Below are positions 1 through 10,018 of a stretch of DNA of 64,000 nt, in pieces. The notes below the pieces were generated by a model. It was not told where the DNA came from, did no database searches, and was given only the letters and a program-made list of their open reading frames with translations. The stretch is from a virus: IMG/VR virus record IMGVR_UViG_3300046463_001154, positions 1 to 64,000 of that record; one strand, given 5' to 3'. Within the stretch, counting starts at the first letter, position 1; the number at the start of each line of letters is the position of its first letter. The translations under genes were made by a program, and so were the position numbers.

Positions 1-321
1 CAAACCCGACCGTGCCACAGCATTGCTGATTTCTGCTCGTTTGCCGCAGGAGCGACGGGCAGTGTCCGCCTGCAAGCGTTCAATCCGGGGGTGCTCGTCA
101 GCATCATCAAGGGCACGTGGTTCGGTATGGGCGCAGCCGAAATGCTGGCTGTCGCACTCGAGCATCCGCCGACCTGGCTTGCCCTTTTGATGGCTGCACA
201 CATCGAGCGCACCTACAAGAACTCCGGCCTCGCAAAGCTTGTCGAGCGTCAAGCGCATAAGGAACCGAACAAGCAGTTCCTGCGAGCTGTGCTGAATCTG
301 ACCCAATTGGCAACTGCCTAA
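1..321 (+). CDS. 3' end of a conserved phiKZ-like virion protein (gp28-like), truncated by the window start
   Basis: Frame 1 is open from base 1 to the stop at 321; lies directly upstream of the gp27/gp26/terminase run as in phiKZ-like phages. Confidence 0.6.
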   Translation, partial: QTRPCHSIADFCSFAAGATGSVRLQAFNPGVLVSIIKGTWFGMGAAEMLAVALEHPPTWLALLMAAHIERTYKNSGLAKLVERQAHKEPNKQFLRAVLNLTQLATA

Positions 322-377
322 TCCTTACTCCTGGGGTGCCGTCCGGCCCCAGGAGTATTCACCATTGGGATTGACTC

Positions 378-2990
378 ATGTTTGATTACCTCGTCGACAA
401 CGCACTGAAGAACGTTTGGTGCGCGCCGGCGCAAGACCGGCAGGACATCTTCCAGCTGGCGAGATTGACGCCCGATGGTGGCGCGATGAACACGGTTCAG
501 GTGGGCTGGAAGCAATATGACCTGCCTTCCAAGGGCGTGTACTTTCACGTGTACCAGATCGGTCAGATCAGCCCGCACATGGTCGGCCTGCTCTCGAACG
601 CGACTACTTGGACGACGTTCTCGTCTGCCATGAACGCCAACAATCTGATCGTCGATGTCTACACGAACGAGGGCTTGCAGATGCCCCGGTTCCTGTCGTA
701 CTTCATGGTCACGAAGAACAAGAACCTCATCGTGGCAGTCCAGTTTGAATCGCCTATCGCGGTCAACTTGGACACGGATGCGCTTTTTCTCCGTCTGTAC
801 AGTAACGCCTTTTTTCAGAGCCCGCGCGCCACGCTCGGCTCGACCAAGAACTACATCGAGACTGCAGGTGTCGTTCCGGCGTTCAAGAACGACATCCTCA
901 ACCTCCAGAACAAGATCGCGGTCCTGGCCAGCAAGCCCGGCGCAGTCTACGCCTTCGTCAACGGCTACAAAGTCGATCAGGTGAACGTCCTGACGGCGCA
1001 AGTTGGGGACGTCGTTGAGTACGTCTATGACAGCTCGGTCTACAAGGTCGTCGACTTCCCGTTCCTGGATCTTCCGACGTTCAACAGCACGCTCGACAAC
1101 AAGTTCAAGTACCTGCTGCACTACAACGGCACGAGTGACAACACTGTCGACTTCGAGGACGACGTCGATGTGTGGATCTACTACACGTTTCCCAGCGGGT
1201 TCTCGAAGGGTCTTTACTACCATCACAACCGGCCGGACGCGCTTCGCAACGTCACGCATCGGGATTATTCGCTCCCGACAGCGTACGTCGCGGGCTTCGT
1301 CGCCGATCAGAATGACTGGGTAGCGGCTGCTCAGGTCACGATTCGACTGCATATCCGCAAGGCCGGTTTTGCACGCCCCCTCGCTTACGAAAGCAACCGC
1401 ATCATGGAGCTGTATAAGCTGCCCGATGCCGGGATCGTGAGTGCAATGACAGGCGCGAACGCCACGCTGGACAACTGGAAAGCCGCGACGCTGGAAGCTT
1501 CTTCGTACGTCCAGATCATGGGCGCGCAGCCGGCGACGAGAGTCACGCGTCAGCTGGTCGAGGACGCCTACGGTTACAACGCGACAAGTCAGCTGGTCGG
1601 CAACAGTCCGCTCGTTCCGACCAAGCAGTCCGGTCAATTGATCGTCACCCTGCCGTACAACCTGCAGAGCAATTCGTCCGCATGGGAGTACGACAGTGAA
1701 GGCACGCTCCTCGGTTACTACAACCATGCGAGCGGTGGCGTCTACACCTGCCACAACAGCACGTGCGCTCTTGTTGAGATGTACGCCGGCACAGCAGGGC
1801 AGCAGCTCGATGACACGTATGGGATAGCCACCCAGACGATCAATCCGGCACTCGATTACCGGATGTACACCTGCCCGATCAACCCGATCACGGGTAAGCC
1901 CACGTACGCATGGGAAGACGTCACGGGTAGCAGCCAGTATTCGATCGTTGGGACGCTGCTCACGTGGTCGACCGATCCGACGAAGGTCTACACGTGCGTG
2001 CGCAGCAACAAGGTGATGCTCGCCTACACGCTGTACATCCAGCCTCAGGAAGGCTACCTGCCTATCCAGATCCAACAGGAAGGCATCCGGAACTACATCT
2101 TGCAGCTCTTCGCGATGCAGATCCCGATGGGCCAGCTCGATGTATTCGTGAATGGTCGGTCGATGATCAGCGGCCTGGACTACGTGATGCAGTTCCCGAC
2201 CATCATGATCAACAACGTGTCGGCCCTGGATTTTCCGCAGGACAAGCAGCAGCAGATCACTATTCGTTGGAGTGGCTTTTGCAACTCGGATCTGACGCCG
2301 CGCACCTACAGCGAAGTCGGTTGGGTCCAGTACGGCCTGCTCTCGAACAACAACCGCTACAACATCCGGGACGATGATGTAACCCGGATTGTCATGGGCG
2401 GAGGCGTCTATCCGAAGAGCGCACTCAAGTTCGCGGAGAACTCGGCGGACGTGCTGGGTCCGCAGACCATCAACGGTCAGCCGTATCAGATTCAGAAGGT
2501 CGTTGTGCCGATGCTAGGCGTGACCAACGAGGACACGTACGAGTATCTGGAGAAGGCGATCGCAGTCGACAAGGCGGTGGAAGATTACATGACCTTGTAC
2601 TACCCGCTTCCCACCGCGAGCGGGCCCGACACGATCACGGAGTTATATCCCGTCTTCAGTCCGTTTTGCTGCAAGATCATTTACGACCTTGTGCTCGGGA
2701 TTATCGACGAGACGCCGCTCAAGCAGTTCTATAACGACGCGTATGTCAAGCAGGTGTGCGCGCCGTATGAGTATCTGCTGGCGTACGACCCGACGCAGAC
2801 GGCGAACCGACCGGACACGAACTTCGTCGCGATCCGGCCGCACAACCTGACCGTCTCGATCTCGCTCGATCTGTACGCCTACAACTTCCTCAACCATGTC
2901 ATCCGGATCTATCTCAACGGTCTGGTACAGCTGAACAACTTCGTCTCGATCGCAAGCATCAGCAGTTCAAGCTCGATCAGCAGCAGCTAA
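378..2990 (+). CDS. phiKZ gp27-like virion structural (baseplate) protein, 870 aa
   Basis: Long ORF with strong codon bias, starts MFDYLVDNALKNVWCAPAQDRQ; size and position two genes upstream of terL match the phiKZ gp27-gp26-gp25 block. Confidence 0.75.
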   Translation: MFDYLVDNALKNVWCAPAQDRQDIFQLARLTPDGGAMNTVQVGWKQYDLPSKGVYFHVYQIGQISPHMVGLLSNATTWTTFSSAMNANNLIVDVYTNEGLQMPRFLSYFMVTKNKNLIVAVQFESPIAVNLDTDALFLRLYSNAFFQSPRATLGSTKNYIETAGVVPAFKNDILNLQNKIAVLASKPGAVYAFVNGYKVDQVNVLTAQVGDVVEYVYDSSVYKVVDFPFLDLPTFNSTLDNKFKYLLHYNGTSDNTVDFEDDVDVWIYYTFPSGFSKGLYYHHNRPDALRNVTHRDYSLPTAYVAGFVADQNDWVAAAQVTIRLHIRKAGFARPLAYESNRIMELYKLPDAGIVSAMTGANATLDNWKAATLEASSYVQIMGAQPATRVTRQLVEDAYGYNATSQLVGNSPLVPTKQSGQLIVTLPYNLQSNSSAWEYDSEGTLLGYYNHASGGVYTCHNSTCALVEMYAGTAGQQLDDTYGIATQTINPALDYRMYTCPINPITGKPTYAWEDVTGSSQYSIVGTLLTWSTDPTKVYTCVRSNKVMLAYTLYIQPQEGYLPIQIQQEGIRNYILQLFAMQIPMGQLDVFVNGRSMISGLDYVMQFPTIMINNVSALDFPQDKQQQITIRWSGFCNSDLTPRTYSEVGWVQYGLLSNNNRYNIRDDDVTRIVMGGGVYPKSALKFAENSADVLGPQTINGQPYQIQKVVVPMLGVTNEDTYEYLEKAIAVDKAVEDYMTLYYPLPTASGPDTITELYPVFSPFCCKIIYDLVLGIIDETPLKQFYNDAYVKQVCAPYEYLLAYDPTQTANRPDTNFVAIRPHNLTVSISLDLYAYNFLNHVIRIYLNGLVQLNNFVSIASISSSSSISSS

Positions 2991-3014
2991 TCATTTTCAT
3001 CTCTGGAGTCGTCA

Positions 3015-4706
3015 ATGGCTGACGCAGTCAACCTGCCGACCGGCAGCGACGGAGGCGTTCCGATCTACAACCCGAATGGGCTGTGGCAGATCTGGGCGCT
3101 TCAGTCGATCTATCAAGGTCAGGCCGGCAGCAACATGTATATCCCGAAGGTCAATGACTACGTCTGCGACTACACGACCAACGACTGGTATCGCGTTGCG
3201 GTGGTCGATCCCGTGACCTACATCCCGACGCTGGTTCCGCTCACAACGGCGCCCAACGCGGTGATGACCTCTGGCGATCTGCTGCAAGGAGTTGGTCCGG
3301 GCACCCAGGCCGACACCTATCGTGTCTATCTGGACATGAGCGTCATTCCGTACTCGCTGGCGGTCGACGCACGCCTCTGGTTCACGGGTGACGAAGCCGC
3401 GTCCGTGAAGATCTTTACAGGTGCGGATTTCTCGAACAACAACAACTGCATCTCGGCGAACTACGACCAGTCGGGTAAGTTGCTCAATCAGGCGATCCCG
3501 ACGACGCCTAAGACGGTGACGTTCCCGGATGGCTCGACGGGCACCGTGATGACGGTCCCCGTTTGCTACACCAACGTGCAGGTGGCAGATGGAACGCCGG
3601 TGACGGCCGTGGCGTATTCGAGCTCGGGGATGGTCGTCTCGAAGCGCCAACTGTTGATCGAGAACACTTCGTTCATCCGTCTGGCTGACACGGGCGTCAA
3701 GTACGTGACTGGCATCCAGCTGCTCTCGCCGTTCCTGTCGACGTCCGACCCGACGCTCATCCAGTTCCCGGTCAACGTGCTGCTGTCCGGCCTCAATCTG
3801 ATGGGTGTGGTGCAGTACAGCGACGGATCGTCGGCGACGCTGCCGGTGGATGGTACAAAGTTCCAGATCTTCGGTTTCGACAGCTTTGTCTCGACGGTCG
3901 TCGGGGAGAAGTTCGACCTGGTGCTCAAGTACAACCTGTCCTCGGACGAGGCCGTGTACGGCGCCAACTCGGTCAACAACTCCAAGTTCATCACGTCGAA
4001 GTACAGCGCGGTGACGATCAACGAAGACGGCGACTACACGCTGAAGCTCTTCGCGTTCCCGGTTTGGATCGATGCGGTGAGCGGCTACCGTCTGCAGTGG
4101 TACCTGTACGAGCTGGATCGCAGCAGCTGGTGGAATGTCACGAGCCTGGTCACGTTCTCGCCGGCCTCGCCCGCCTTCCAACCACTGGGCTATGGCATCC
4201 AGCAGAACATCGAAGGCCAGGTGCAGCTGAACAAGGTGGATCCGGGATTCACGAACTACCTGTTCACCTCGACGGTGGCGATCACGCTCCTCGCGCCGGG
4301 CACGCAGTCCTCGCCGTGGGAAGTCCAGTTCGAGCCGGGTCAGCAGCCGCCTTTCGGTCCCGGCAACTTCGCAGCGACTCAGCTTCTGGCAGCGAACAAC
4401 TACACCGTCAACCTGACGAGCGGTTACGCGTCGCAGGCGGATTGGCTGAAGGCGTTCTATTACAACACCCTGCCGCTGACGGACCTGGCACAAGAAGCAA
4501 GTCTGCCGGTGCCGACGCACTTTGCGATTCAGATGCCGGACGGCAGTTCGCCGATCGTCTGTTTGCTCTCGCAGTGGAACTCGACACAGACGTCCACCGT
4601 GCCGATCGCCGATCGCAGCACGCTTTTCGTCACGTTCTTCCTGCGCACCACCACCAACGACCTCCAGCTCTCAATCGCGGGAGTACCAGTAATCCAACAA
4701 AACTGA
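3015..4706 (+). CDS. phiKZ gp26-like virion structural protein, 563 aa
   Basis: GGAG RBS upstream; beta-rich composition; directly upstream of terL. Confidence 0.72.
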   Translation: MADAVNLPTGSDGGVPIYNPNGLWQIWALQSIYQGQAGSNMYIPKVNDYVCDYTTNDWYRVAVVDPVTYIPTLVPLTTAPNAVMTSGDLLQGVGPGTQADTYRVYLDMSVIPYSLAVDARLWFTGDEAASVKIFTGADFSNNNNCISANYDQSGKLLNQAIPTTPKTVTFPDGSTGTVMTVPVCYTNVQVADGTPVTAVAYSSSGMVVSKRQLLIENTSFIRLADTGVKYVTGIQLLSPFLSTSDPTLIQFPVNVLLSGLNLMGVVQYSDGSSATLPVDGTKFQIFGFDSFVSTVVGEKFDLVLKYNLSSDEAVYGANSVNNSKFITSKYSAVTINEDGDYTLKLFAFPVWIDAVSGYRLQWYLYELDRSSWWNVTSLVTFSPASPAFQPLGYGIQQNIEGQVQLNKVDPGFTNYLFTSTVAITLLAPGTQSSPWEVQFEPGQQPPFGPGNFAATQLLAANNYTVNLTSGYASQADWLKAFYYNTLPLTDLAQEASLPVPTHFAIQMPDGSSPIVCLLSQWNSTQTSTVPIADRSTLFVTFFLRTTTNDLQLSIAGVPVIQQN

Positions 4707-4786
4707 TCAACCTGTCGTCTGTCCCGCCTTCCCAAATCAAAAGGAGGGCGGGACGGACGGCATGTTGTCGTTCACCGAGAAAGAAA

Positions 4787-7033
4787 ATGATTCTCTTCGA
4801 ACAAGACTGGCTGAAGTATCCCAACGCCATCATCGACACCAAGACCAGCAATCAAAGCTACGTCCGCCTCGCTTCCGTCTATCGGAAGATGGGCGTAAAA
4901 AATAACGCCTTCTGTCTCGCACTCATCAACCCAGCGCTTCAGGGGCTGGATCCCTTCGCCCCCGACCTGACCATCGAAGAGATGGCTGCCGTCGCCGTCG
5001 AGATCAAGAACAACCCGTGGTACTTCATGCGCGAAGTCGCGCGGGTCCCGCCGATCGGTGGTGGTGGCTCGACGCCCTTCGAAGGCAATCGCGGCAACGT
5101 AGCCTTGTTCTGGTGCTTCTTCAACCACGTCATGACGTTCCTGATTCAGATCCGTCAGACCGGTAAGTCGCTCTCGACTGACTTGCTGATGACGCTGCTG
5201 ATGAACTTCCGCTGCGAGAACACAGAAATCAACTTGCTGACGAAGGACGAAATCCTCCGCAAGACCAACATCGACCGTCTGAAGAAGTGCATCGACGAGC
5301 TGCCGCCGTATCTCATCCAGCGTAACCCCAAGGTCGACACGAACAACACCGAGGCGATCACCATCAACTCGATGGGCAACATCTACAAGACGCACGTGCC
5401 TCAGGCGTCTGAGAAAGGTGCGTATAAGCTCGGGCGCGGTCTGACGTCGCCGATCATGCACATCGACGAGTCGCCCTTCCAACCGAACGTGAAGATCGCA
5501 GTCGGTTCGGCACTGGCGGCAACGGGTGCGGCTGTGGACAAGGTGAAGGCGAACGGTGGCGACTATGGCACCATCTTCACCACGACGGCAGGCAAGATCG
5601 ATGACAAGGACGGCTCCTTCATCTACGGACTGTTGCAGGCAGCCGCTGTCTGGACGGAGAAGTTCTTCGATGCACGGAACCAGGAAGAACTGGAGTCGAT
5701 GATCCGCAAGGCGTCCCGCGGCGACAAGGGCGGCGTCTACCGGGTGAACATCACGCTCAACCATCGTCAGTTGGGTAAGACCGATGCGTGGTTGCGCGAA
5801 AAGCTCGAAGCATCGACGGCTAGCGGCGACGACGCAAACCGAGACTACTTCAACATGTGGACGGCGGGCTCGCTGACCAACCCGCTTCCGATCGCCATCC
5901 TGAAGTCAATCACCAACAGCGTGATGGACGTGAAGCATACGGAGATCAGCCCGCAAGGCTATGTCACGCGCTGGTACATCGAGGAGGAAGAGATCGAGCA
6001 GCGGATGGCGGAAGGTCGCTTTGTCATGGGCATGGACACCTCAGAAGCATCGGGTGGCGACGACATCTCGCTCTATCTGCAGGACATTGAGACGTTGGAA
6101 ACCGTGGCGGCTGGCACGTACAACGAAACCAACCTCATCACCTTCTGCGAATGGCTCTGCAGCTGGTTCGTCCGCTTCCCGAACTTCACTGCCAACATTG
6201 AGCGGCGAAGCACTGGCGCAACCGTGCTCGATTACCTGTTGCTGATGCTGCCGACGATGGGGATCGATCCATTCGTGCGTCTGTTCAACAAGGTGGTGCA
6301 GGACTACGACGAGATGCCGGATCGCTTCAAGGAAATTCAGGTGCCGATGGGTCGGCGACCGGCCGACATCTACGTGCGGTACAAGAAAATGTTCGGCTTC
6401 ACGACGTCCGGCGGCATGGGTGCAACGTCGCGTGCCCTCCTCTACTCCGAGTCGCTCCAACTTGCAGCGAAGCGCGGTTGCAGTGTCGTGTATGACAAGA
6501 CGTTGATCGATCAGGTCACCTCCCTCGTGTCGAAGAACGGCCGTATCGATCACCCGTCAGGCGGGCATGATGACATGGTGATCGGCTGGCTGCTCAGCAA
6601 CTGGCTCCTCACGAAAGGTAAGATGCTTTCCTTCTACGGCATTGACCAGCGTCGAATCGGTTCGGCACTGGGCGGCGCAACGGAAGAGCAGATCATCGAC
6701 CGTCAAACGCGTCAGGAGCAGCAGTACATCCGGGAGCAGATCGAATCGCTCTACGAGCAGTTGTCGAAGGAGTCGAACGAGTGGATCTCGCAACGCATCG
6801 AACATCAACTGCGCATGCTGGACCGCAGGCTGGTGCTTGAACAGGGCGAGATCTTCAGCCTCGATACGCTTCTCAATAACGCGCGAGAGAAGAAGCGTGA
6901 GCGAATGCGCGAGGGTGTATCGACCATGCGGAACATGCCAGTGCACTACGACAACCTGCACGGGCATTTCAGCGACCGACCACCCACCACGTCGATGAAC
7001 TCCTACGAGCGCCGCTTCCTCCGGGCAGCGTAA
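4787..7033 (+). CDS. terL: Terminase large subunit (phiKZ gp25-like); probable start MILFEQDW at 4787
   Basis: Walker A-like QIRQTGKS, Walker B MHIDE, motif III TTTAG, nuclease GMDTSE and HDDMVIGW. Confidence 0.92.
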   Translation: MILFEQDWLKYPNAIIDTKTSNQSYVRLASVYRKMGVKNNAFCLALINPALQGLDPFAPDLTIEEMAAVAVEIKNNPWYFMREVARVPPIGGGGSTPFEGNRGNVALFWCFFNHVMTFLIQIRQTGKSLSTDLLMTLLMNFRCENTEINLLTKDEILRKTNIDRLKKCIDELPPYLIQRNPKVDTNNTEAITINSMGNIYKTHVPQASEKGAYKLGRGLTSPIMHIDESPFQPNVKIAVGSALAATGAAVDKVKANGGDYGTIFTTTAGKIDDKDGSFIYGLLQAAAVWTEKFFDARNQEELESMIRKASRGDKGGVYRVNITLNHRQLGKTDAWLREKLEASTASGDDANRDYFNMWTAGSLTNPLPIAILKSITNSVMDVKHTEISPQGYVTRWYIEEEEIEQRMAEGRFVMGMDTSEASGGDDISLYLQDIETLETVAAGTYNETNLITFCEWLCSWFVRFPNFTANIERRSTGATVLDYLLLMLPTMGIDPFVRLFNKVVQDYDEMPDRFKEIQVPMGRRPADIYVRYKKMFGFTTSGGMGATSRALLYSESLQLAAKRGCSVVYDKTLIDQVTSLVSKNGRIDHPSGGHDDMVIGWLLSNWLLTKGKMLSFYGIDQRRIGSALGGATEEQIIDRQTRQEQQYIREQIESLYEQLSKESNEWISQRIEHQLRMLDRRLVLEQGEIFSLDTLLNNAREKKRERMREGVSTMRNMPVHYDNLHGHFSDRPPTTSMNSYERRFLRAA

Positions 7034-7034
7034 G

Positions 7035-7077
7035 GGCATAAGGGCCAGAGCGGATTCCGCTCTGGCCTCTATGACGT
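7035..7077. terminator. Hairpin between convergent genes, flanked by GGCATA and TATGAC
   Basis: Stem GGCCAGAGCGG (7043-7053) / CCGCTCTGGCC (7057-7067). Confidence 0.7.
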
Positions 7078-7512
7078 TTACCGGTCGAAGATCAGTCCGC
7101 TCGGGCAGCGCGGTGTCCCGCGCCGGTCGAGTCGCCCGATGAGCAGGTCGAGGTACGCCTCAATGGCTCCTTGCTTCTGCATCATCTCGTTCGCCCACAC
7201 ATACTGTCGCGGCAGGTCCACACTGAACGTTCCCGCAATCAGCCGCAGTCGTTCAGGTGCCTCGGGGGGCACCAGCGTGTAGACGTGGTAAGTTGCCATG
7301 AGACGCGACGGCATATAGAACCGCTCATAGCTGCGCTCGAAGTACGTCGCCTCGACGCAGATGCTGAGATCGTATCCATGCACAGTGTGAATGGAGAGGC
7401 TGCTCACCTCCCCCTTCGTCGACTCTTGCACCCAACTCGGACCCTGCAATCGTGCAATTCCCCGTTGCACCACTGCCCGGCCCCATTCCCAGAAATCAAC
7501 TAGCAATGCCAT
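7078..7512 (-). CDS. Hypothetical protein, 144 aa
   Basis: Fills the space between the 409 aa gene and the hairpin; no recognised motif. Confidence 0.6.
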   Translation of the reverse strand: MALLVDFWEWGRAVVQRGIARLQGPSWVQESTKGEVSSLSIHTVHGYDLSICVEATYFERSYERFYMPSRLMATYHVYTLVPPEAPERLRLIAGTFSVDLPRQYVWANEMMQKQGAIEAYLDLLIGRLDRRGTPRCPSGLIFDR

Positions 7513-7546
7513 AAGGGCGATCCTGAGAAAACAAAGGAAACAGCGC

Positions 7547-8776
7547 CTACTTGTTCGTGTAGTGCTGCATGGTCATCGTCCGAATGACCAGGTACAACAG
7601 GACTGACGTACGGACCGATGCAATGACACTGTCATTGCGATTGCCCGTCGCTTGCTTCACGCACCATTCCGCTTTCTCTCGAAGGGAGAATAGTGCTGGA
7701 TCAATGCTGCGCGAAGACGTGTAGACGCCTTTCAGCCGCGCCAAAAGCGTCGGCAGGTCCACGTGATTGCGGACCATCGTGCGCTCTTCAGCGAGATAGT
7801 CGAAGCTGTGAATCAGCACCTCGTTCAGCAGCTCCTCAATCTTTCCGGCTCCCGACTGACGATAGTTGTCCGAGAGCCACGTGAGTGTTTCCCGGAACAG
7901 CCGCGGCGGTGTCGTGTGCATCAACTTCTCGATCACGCCCATCAGTTCCTCGCGCATGAAGGACGCTTTGTCCGAAATGAGCGAATGAAGATAACGCGTG
8001 TAGGCCAGCAGGTTCTTGCTGCGGTCTTTCAAGAAGACTTCGCCGTCGTACTCCATGAGCGATGAAGTCGACTGGATCTTGATGCCCTGGTGATGGATCT
8101 GCAGAAACACATCGTAGATGTTTTTCAGCATGTCCCGAATCCGTCCCTGCGTGTCGTTCAGCAGGTAGATCACCTCAAGATCGTTGTCCATCTTGGAGAT
8201 GGCCTTGAAGTGCAGACCTTCGGGCGAGATCAGGTCTTCCGTCCGCTGTTCAAGAACGCGATTCCAGCTGCCGAGTTGCTTGATGGCAAATTTGCCGGAG
8301 AGCGCGGCATAAGTCGCTTCGGCCGTCGCCCGATCCGCCGGGTACCGGAAGTGGCGGTAGAGCCGCGATGTCAGGAACTTGTACTGGAGCACGAGGCCCA
8401 CATCCATCATTGCATCATGCTTTTGTTGCGGATTCAGCTTGGGCGAAGTGAAGAGCGCATGCATGAGCCACGCACACGACAGGTTCATCGTGTCGCTCGA
8501 CACATTGAACGTCGGGTTCACCGTCGGCAGTGCCAGCAAACTTTCGGTCAAACTATTTTGGTCCGCCTTCAAAATTTCTTCGAACCACTGATCGCGGTCT
8601 GCGTCGGTGAAACGCACTACCTCAACGCCGATTAGATTTCCACCGAAGAACTTGATGTGGTCTTCGTTTTTCATGCAGAAGCCGCCCCTGTACGTCGCCA
8701 GTTTCTTTGCGAAACCGGCGTCCATTACTAAGCTTCGACACGCTTCAGCGAAGACGCTCTGAATGGTTCCAGACAT
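7547..8776 (-). CDS. Conserved phiKZ-like virion protein (gp32-like), 409 aa
   Basis: Motif KNEDHIKFFGGNLIGVEVVRF recalled from this chimallivirus family; GAGGGAG RBS. Confidence 0.65.
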   Translation of the reverse strand: MSGTIQSVFAEACRSLVMDAGFAKKLATYRGGFCMKNEDHIKFFGGNLIGVEVVRFTDADRDQWFEEILKADQNSLTESLLALPTVNPTFNVSSDTMNLSCAWLMHALFTSPKLNPQQKHDAMMDVGLVLQYKFLTSRLYRHFRYPADRATAEATYAALSGKFAIKQLGSWNRVLEQRTEDLISPEGLHFKAISKMDNDLEVIYLLNDTQGRIRDMLKNIYDVFLQIHHQGIKIQSTSSLMEYDGEVFLKDRSKNLLAYTRYLHSLISDKASFMREELMGVIEKLMHTTPPRLFRETLTWLSDNYRQSGAGKIEELLNEVLIHSFDYLAEERTMVRNHVDLPTLLARLKGVYTSSRSIDPALFSLREKAEWCVKQATGNRNDSVIASVRTSVLLYLVIRTMTMQHYTNK

Positions 8777-8964
8777 TGTCGCTCCCTCTGTAATTGCTCG
8801 GACCTCAACGTCCGGATCACAAGATTGGCGACGGCATAAAGCGTGGCGGGAACCCCGCCACGCCCTTAACGTGACCTACCAAAGCCACCACGGTGTCATC
8901 ATCAGCTCCATCTGCGAGCGGATCATGCACTGCTGCAACATGAAGAACTGGAGCGGGAAGACCA

Positions 8965-9510
8965 TCAAGCACCCCGCTTCTTTGCCACCCAGTCGGCAGC
9001 GAAGGCTTCGAGGCTCGGATACACCTTCACGCCGTACGCTTCCGCCAGCGCTTCTAGCGCGCTTGCGAAATACTCGACGCGCTCAGTCGGCAAGCTGCTG
9101 TCGCTGCCGTTCACCGAGGGTTGCGTCGCATCGATGACGATCGCGAAGTTGTCAGCACCATCCGACAGATCCTGGCTGACTCCCACGATGTCTTCGGGCT
9201 TGACGTCATTGGCCGCGACACCATACACAGTCGTCGCGTTCCCGTCCGACGGCGTTGCTGCGTTTGACAGTTCCACGTCGTTGACGAGCTGGGCAATTGC
9301 CAGAGCGTCGTTGGCTTGGGATTCGGTTGCGACTTCGCTTTGCGGTGCGTCAGCTGACGTGGGTCGTGCATACGCCTTTTGCAGCGCTGCAGAAAATACT
9401 TCCGAGAGCGGACCTTTCAGTTCCAGCATCTCCTTGTCCGACGCGCCTTGCGCCGGGGCTTCTTGCTGGGCGACGAGTTCGCCTTCCAGCGCAGCTTTGA
9501 GCAGGGACAT
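8965..9510 (-). CDS. Acidic putative head protein, 181 aa
   Basis: GGAGG RBS; several A-x-E sites (ALE, ATE) of the kind cleaved by phiKZ-type prohead protease; function inferred. Confidence 0.55.
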   Translation of the reverse strand: MSLLKAALEGELVAQQEAPAQGASDKEMLELKGPLSEVFSAALQKAYARPTSADAPQSEVATESQANDALAIAQLVNDVELSNAATPSDGNATTVYGVAANDVKPEDIVGVSQDLSDGADNFAIVIDATQPSVNGSDSSLPTERVEYFASALEALAEAYGVKVYPSLEAFAADWVAKKRGA

Positions 9511-9569
9511 AGTTCCTCCGGGGGAAATCGGGCGAGCACAGACCGACTGCGCTCAAACACACGATTAGG

Positions 9570-10010
9570 CGTCGGCGCCCGCCGTCCGCCGCGCCCCCGC
9601 CGCCCCTTTGGAGGTTTTGCTTTTAAGTCTTTGTCCTTTCGTTGATTCTGTTCTTGTTGTTGCTCTGTGTTGTCTGCCTATGCCTTCTTTCGATGCAAAA
9701 ATCTTAAATAATAAAGTTGGTCATCTCTCGCTAATTGACGGTCCTCTCTGGGACCGTCTTAGATACATACCACCAACCGAATAAAAAAATACAGATGCAT
9801 CCGCATTCTTTGCATCGAAAGTCACACACAACAACACCAAGAAAAAGTGACCTTCAATTTATAAAGAATAGATAGGTTTTGGGGGAGGGGGGCCGTCGAT
9901 CCTAGGAGAGGGGACGAAGGTCCCCTCTCCTCTATCTATTGCAGGAAAAAACCCCGCTTTTTCTGGGGGGAGGGGGGACCGAGTTTTCAATCGGCCACAG
10001 TCTCGCTCTT
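9570..10010. repeat. Non-coding divergent junction with nested inverted repeats and two GGGGGAGGGGGG tracts
   Basis: IR 9687-9699/9809-9821, hairpins 9737-9758 and 9904-9931, G tracts 9881-9892 and 9965-9977. Confidence 0.75.
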
Positions 10011-10018
10011 ATGCCGGT

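Noticed and set aside
318-4520. Long minus-strand ORFs (318-2075, 3012-4520) and similar ones at 28371-30167, 37506-38627 and 61369-63057
   Set aside because: Antisense shadows of GC3-rich genes; Arg/Val/Asp-rich with no motifs
4064-4786. N-terminal 240-aa extension of the terminase ORF in the ORF track
   Set aside because: Overlaps the gp26-like gene in another frame and crosses a hairpin; terminase-like sequence begins at MILFEQDW (4787)
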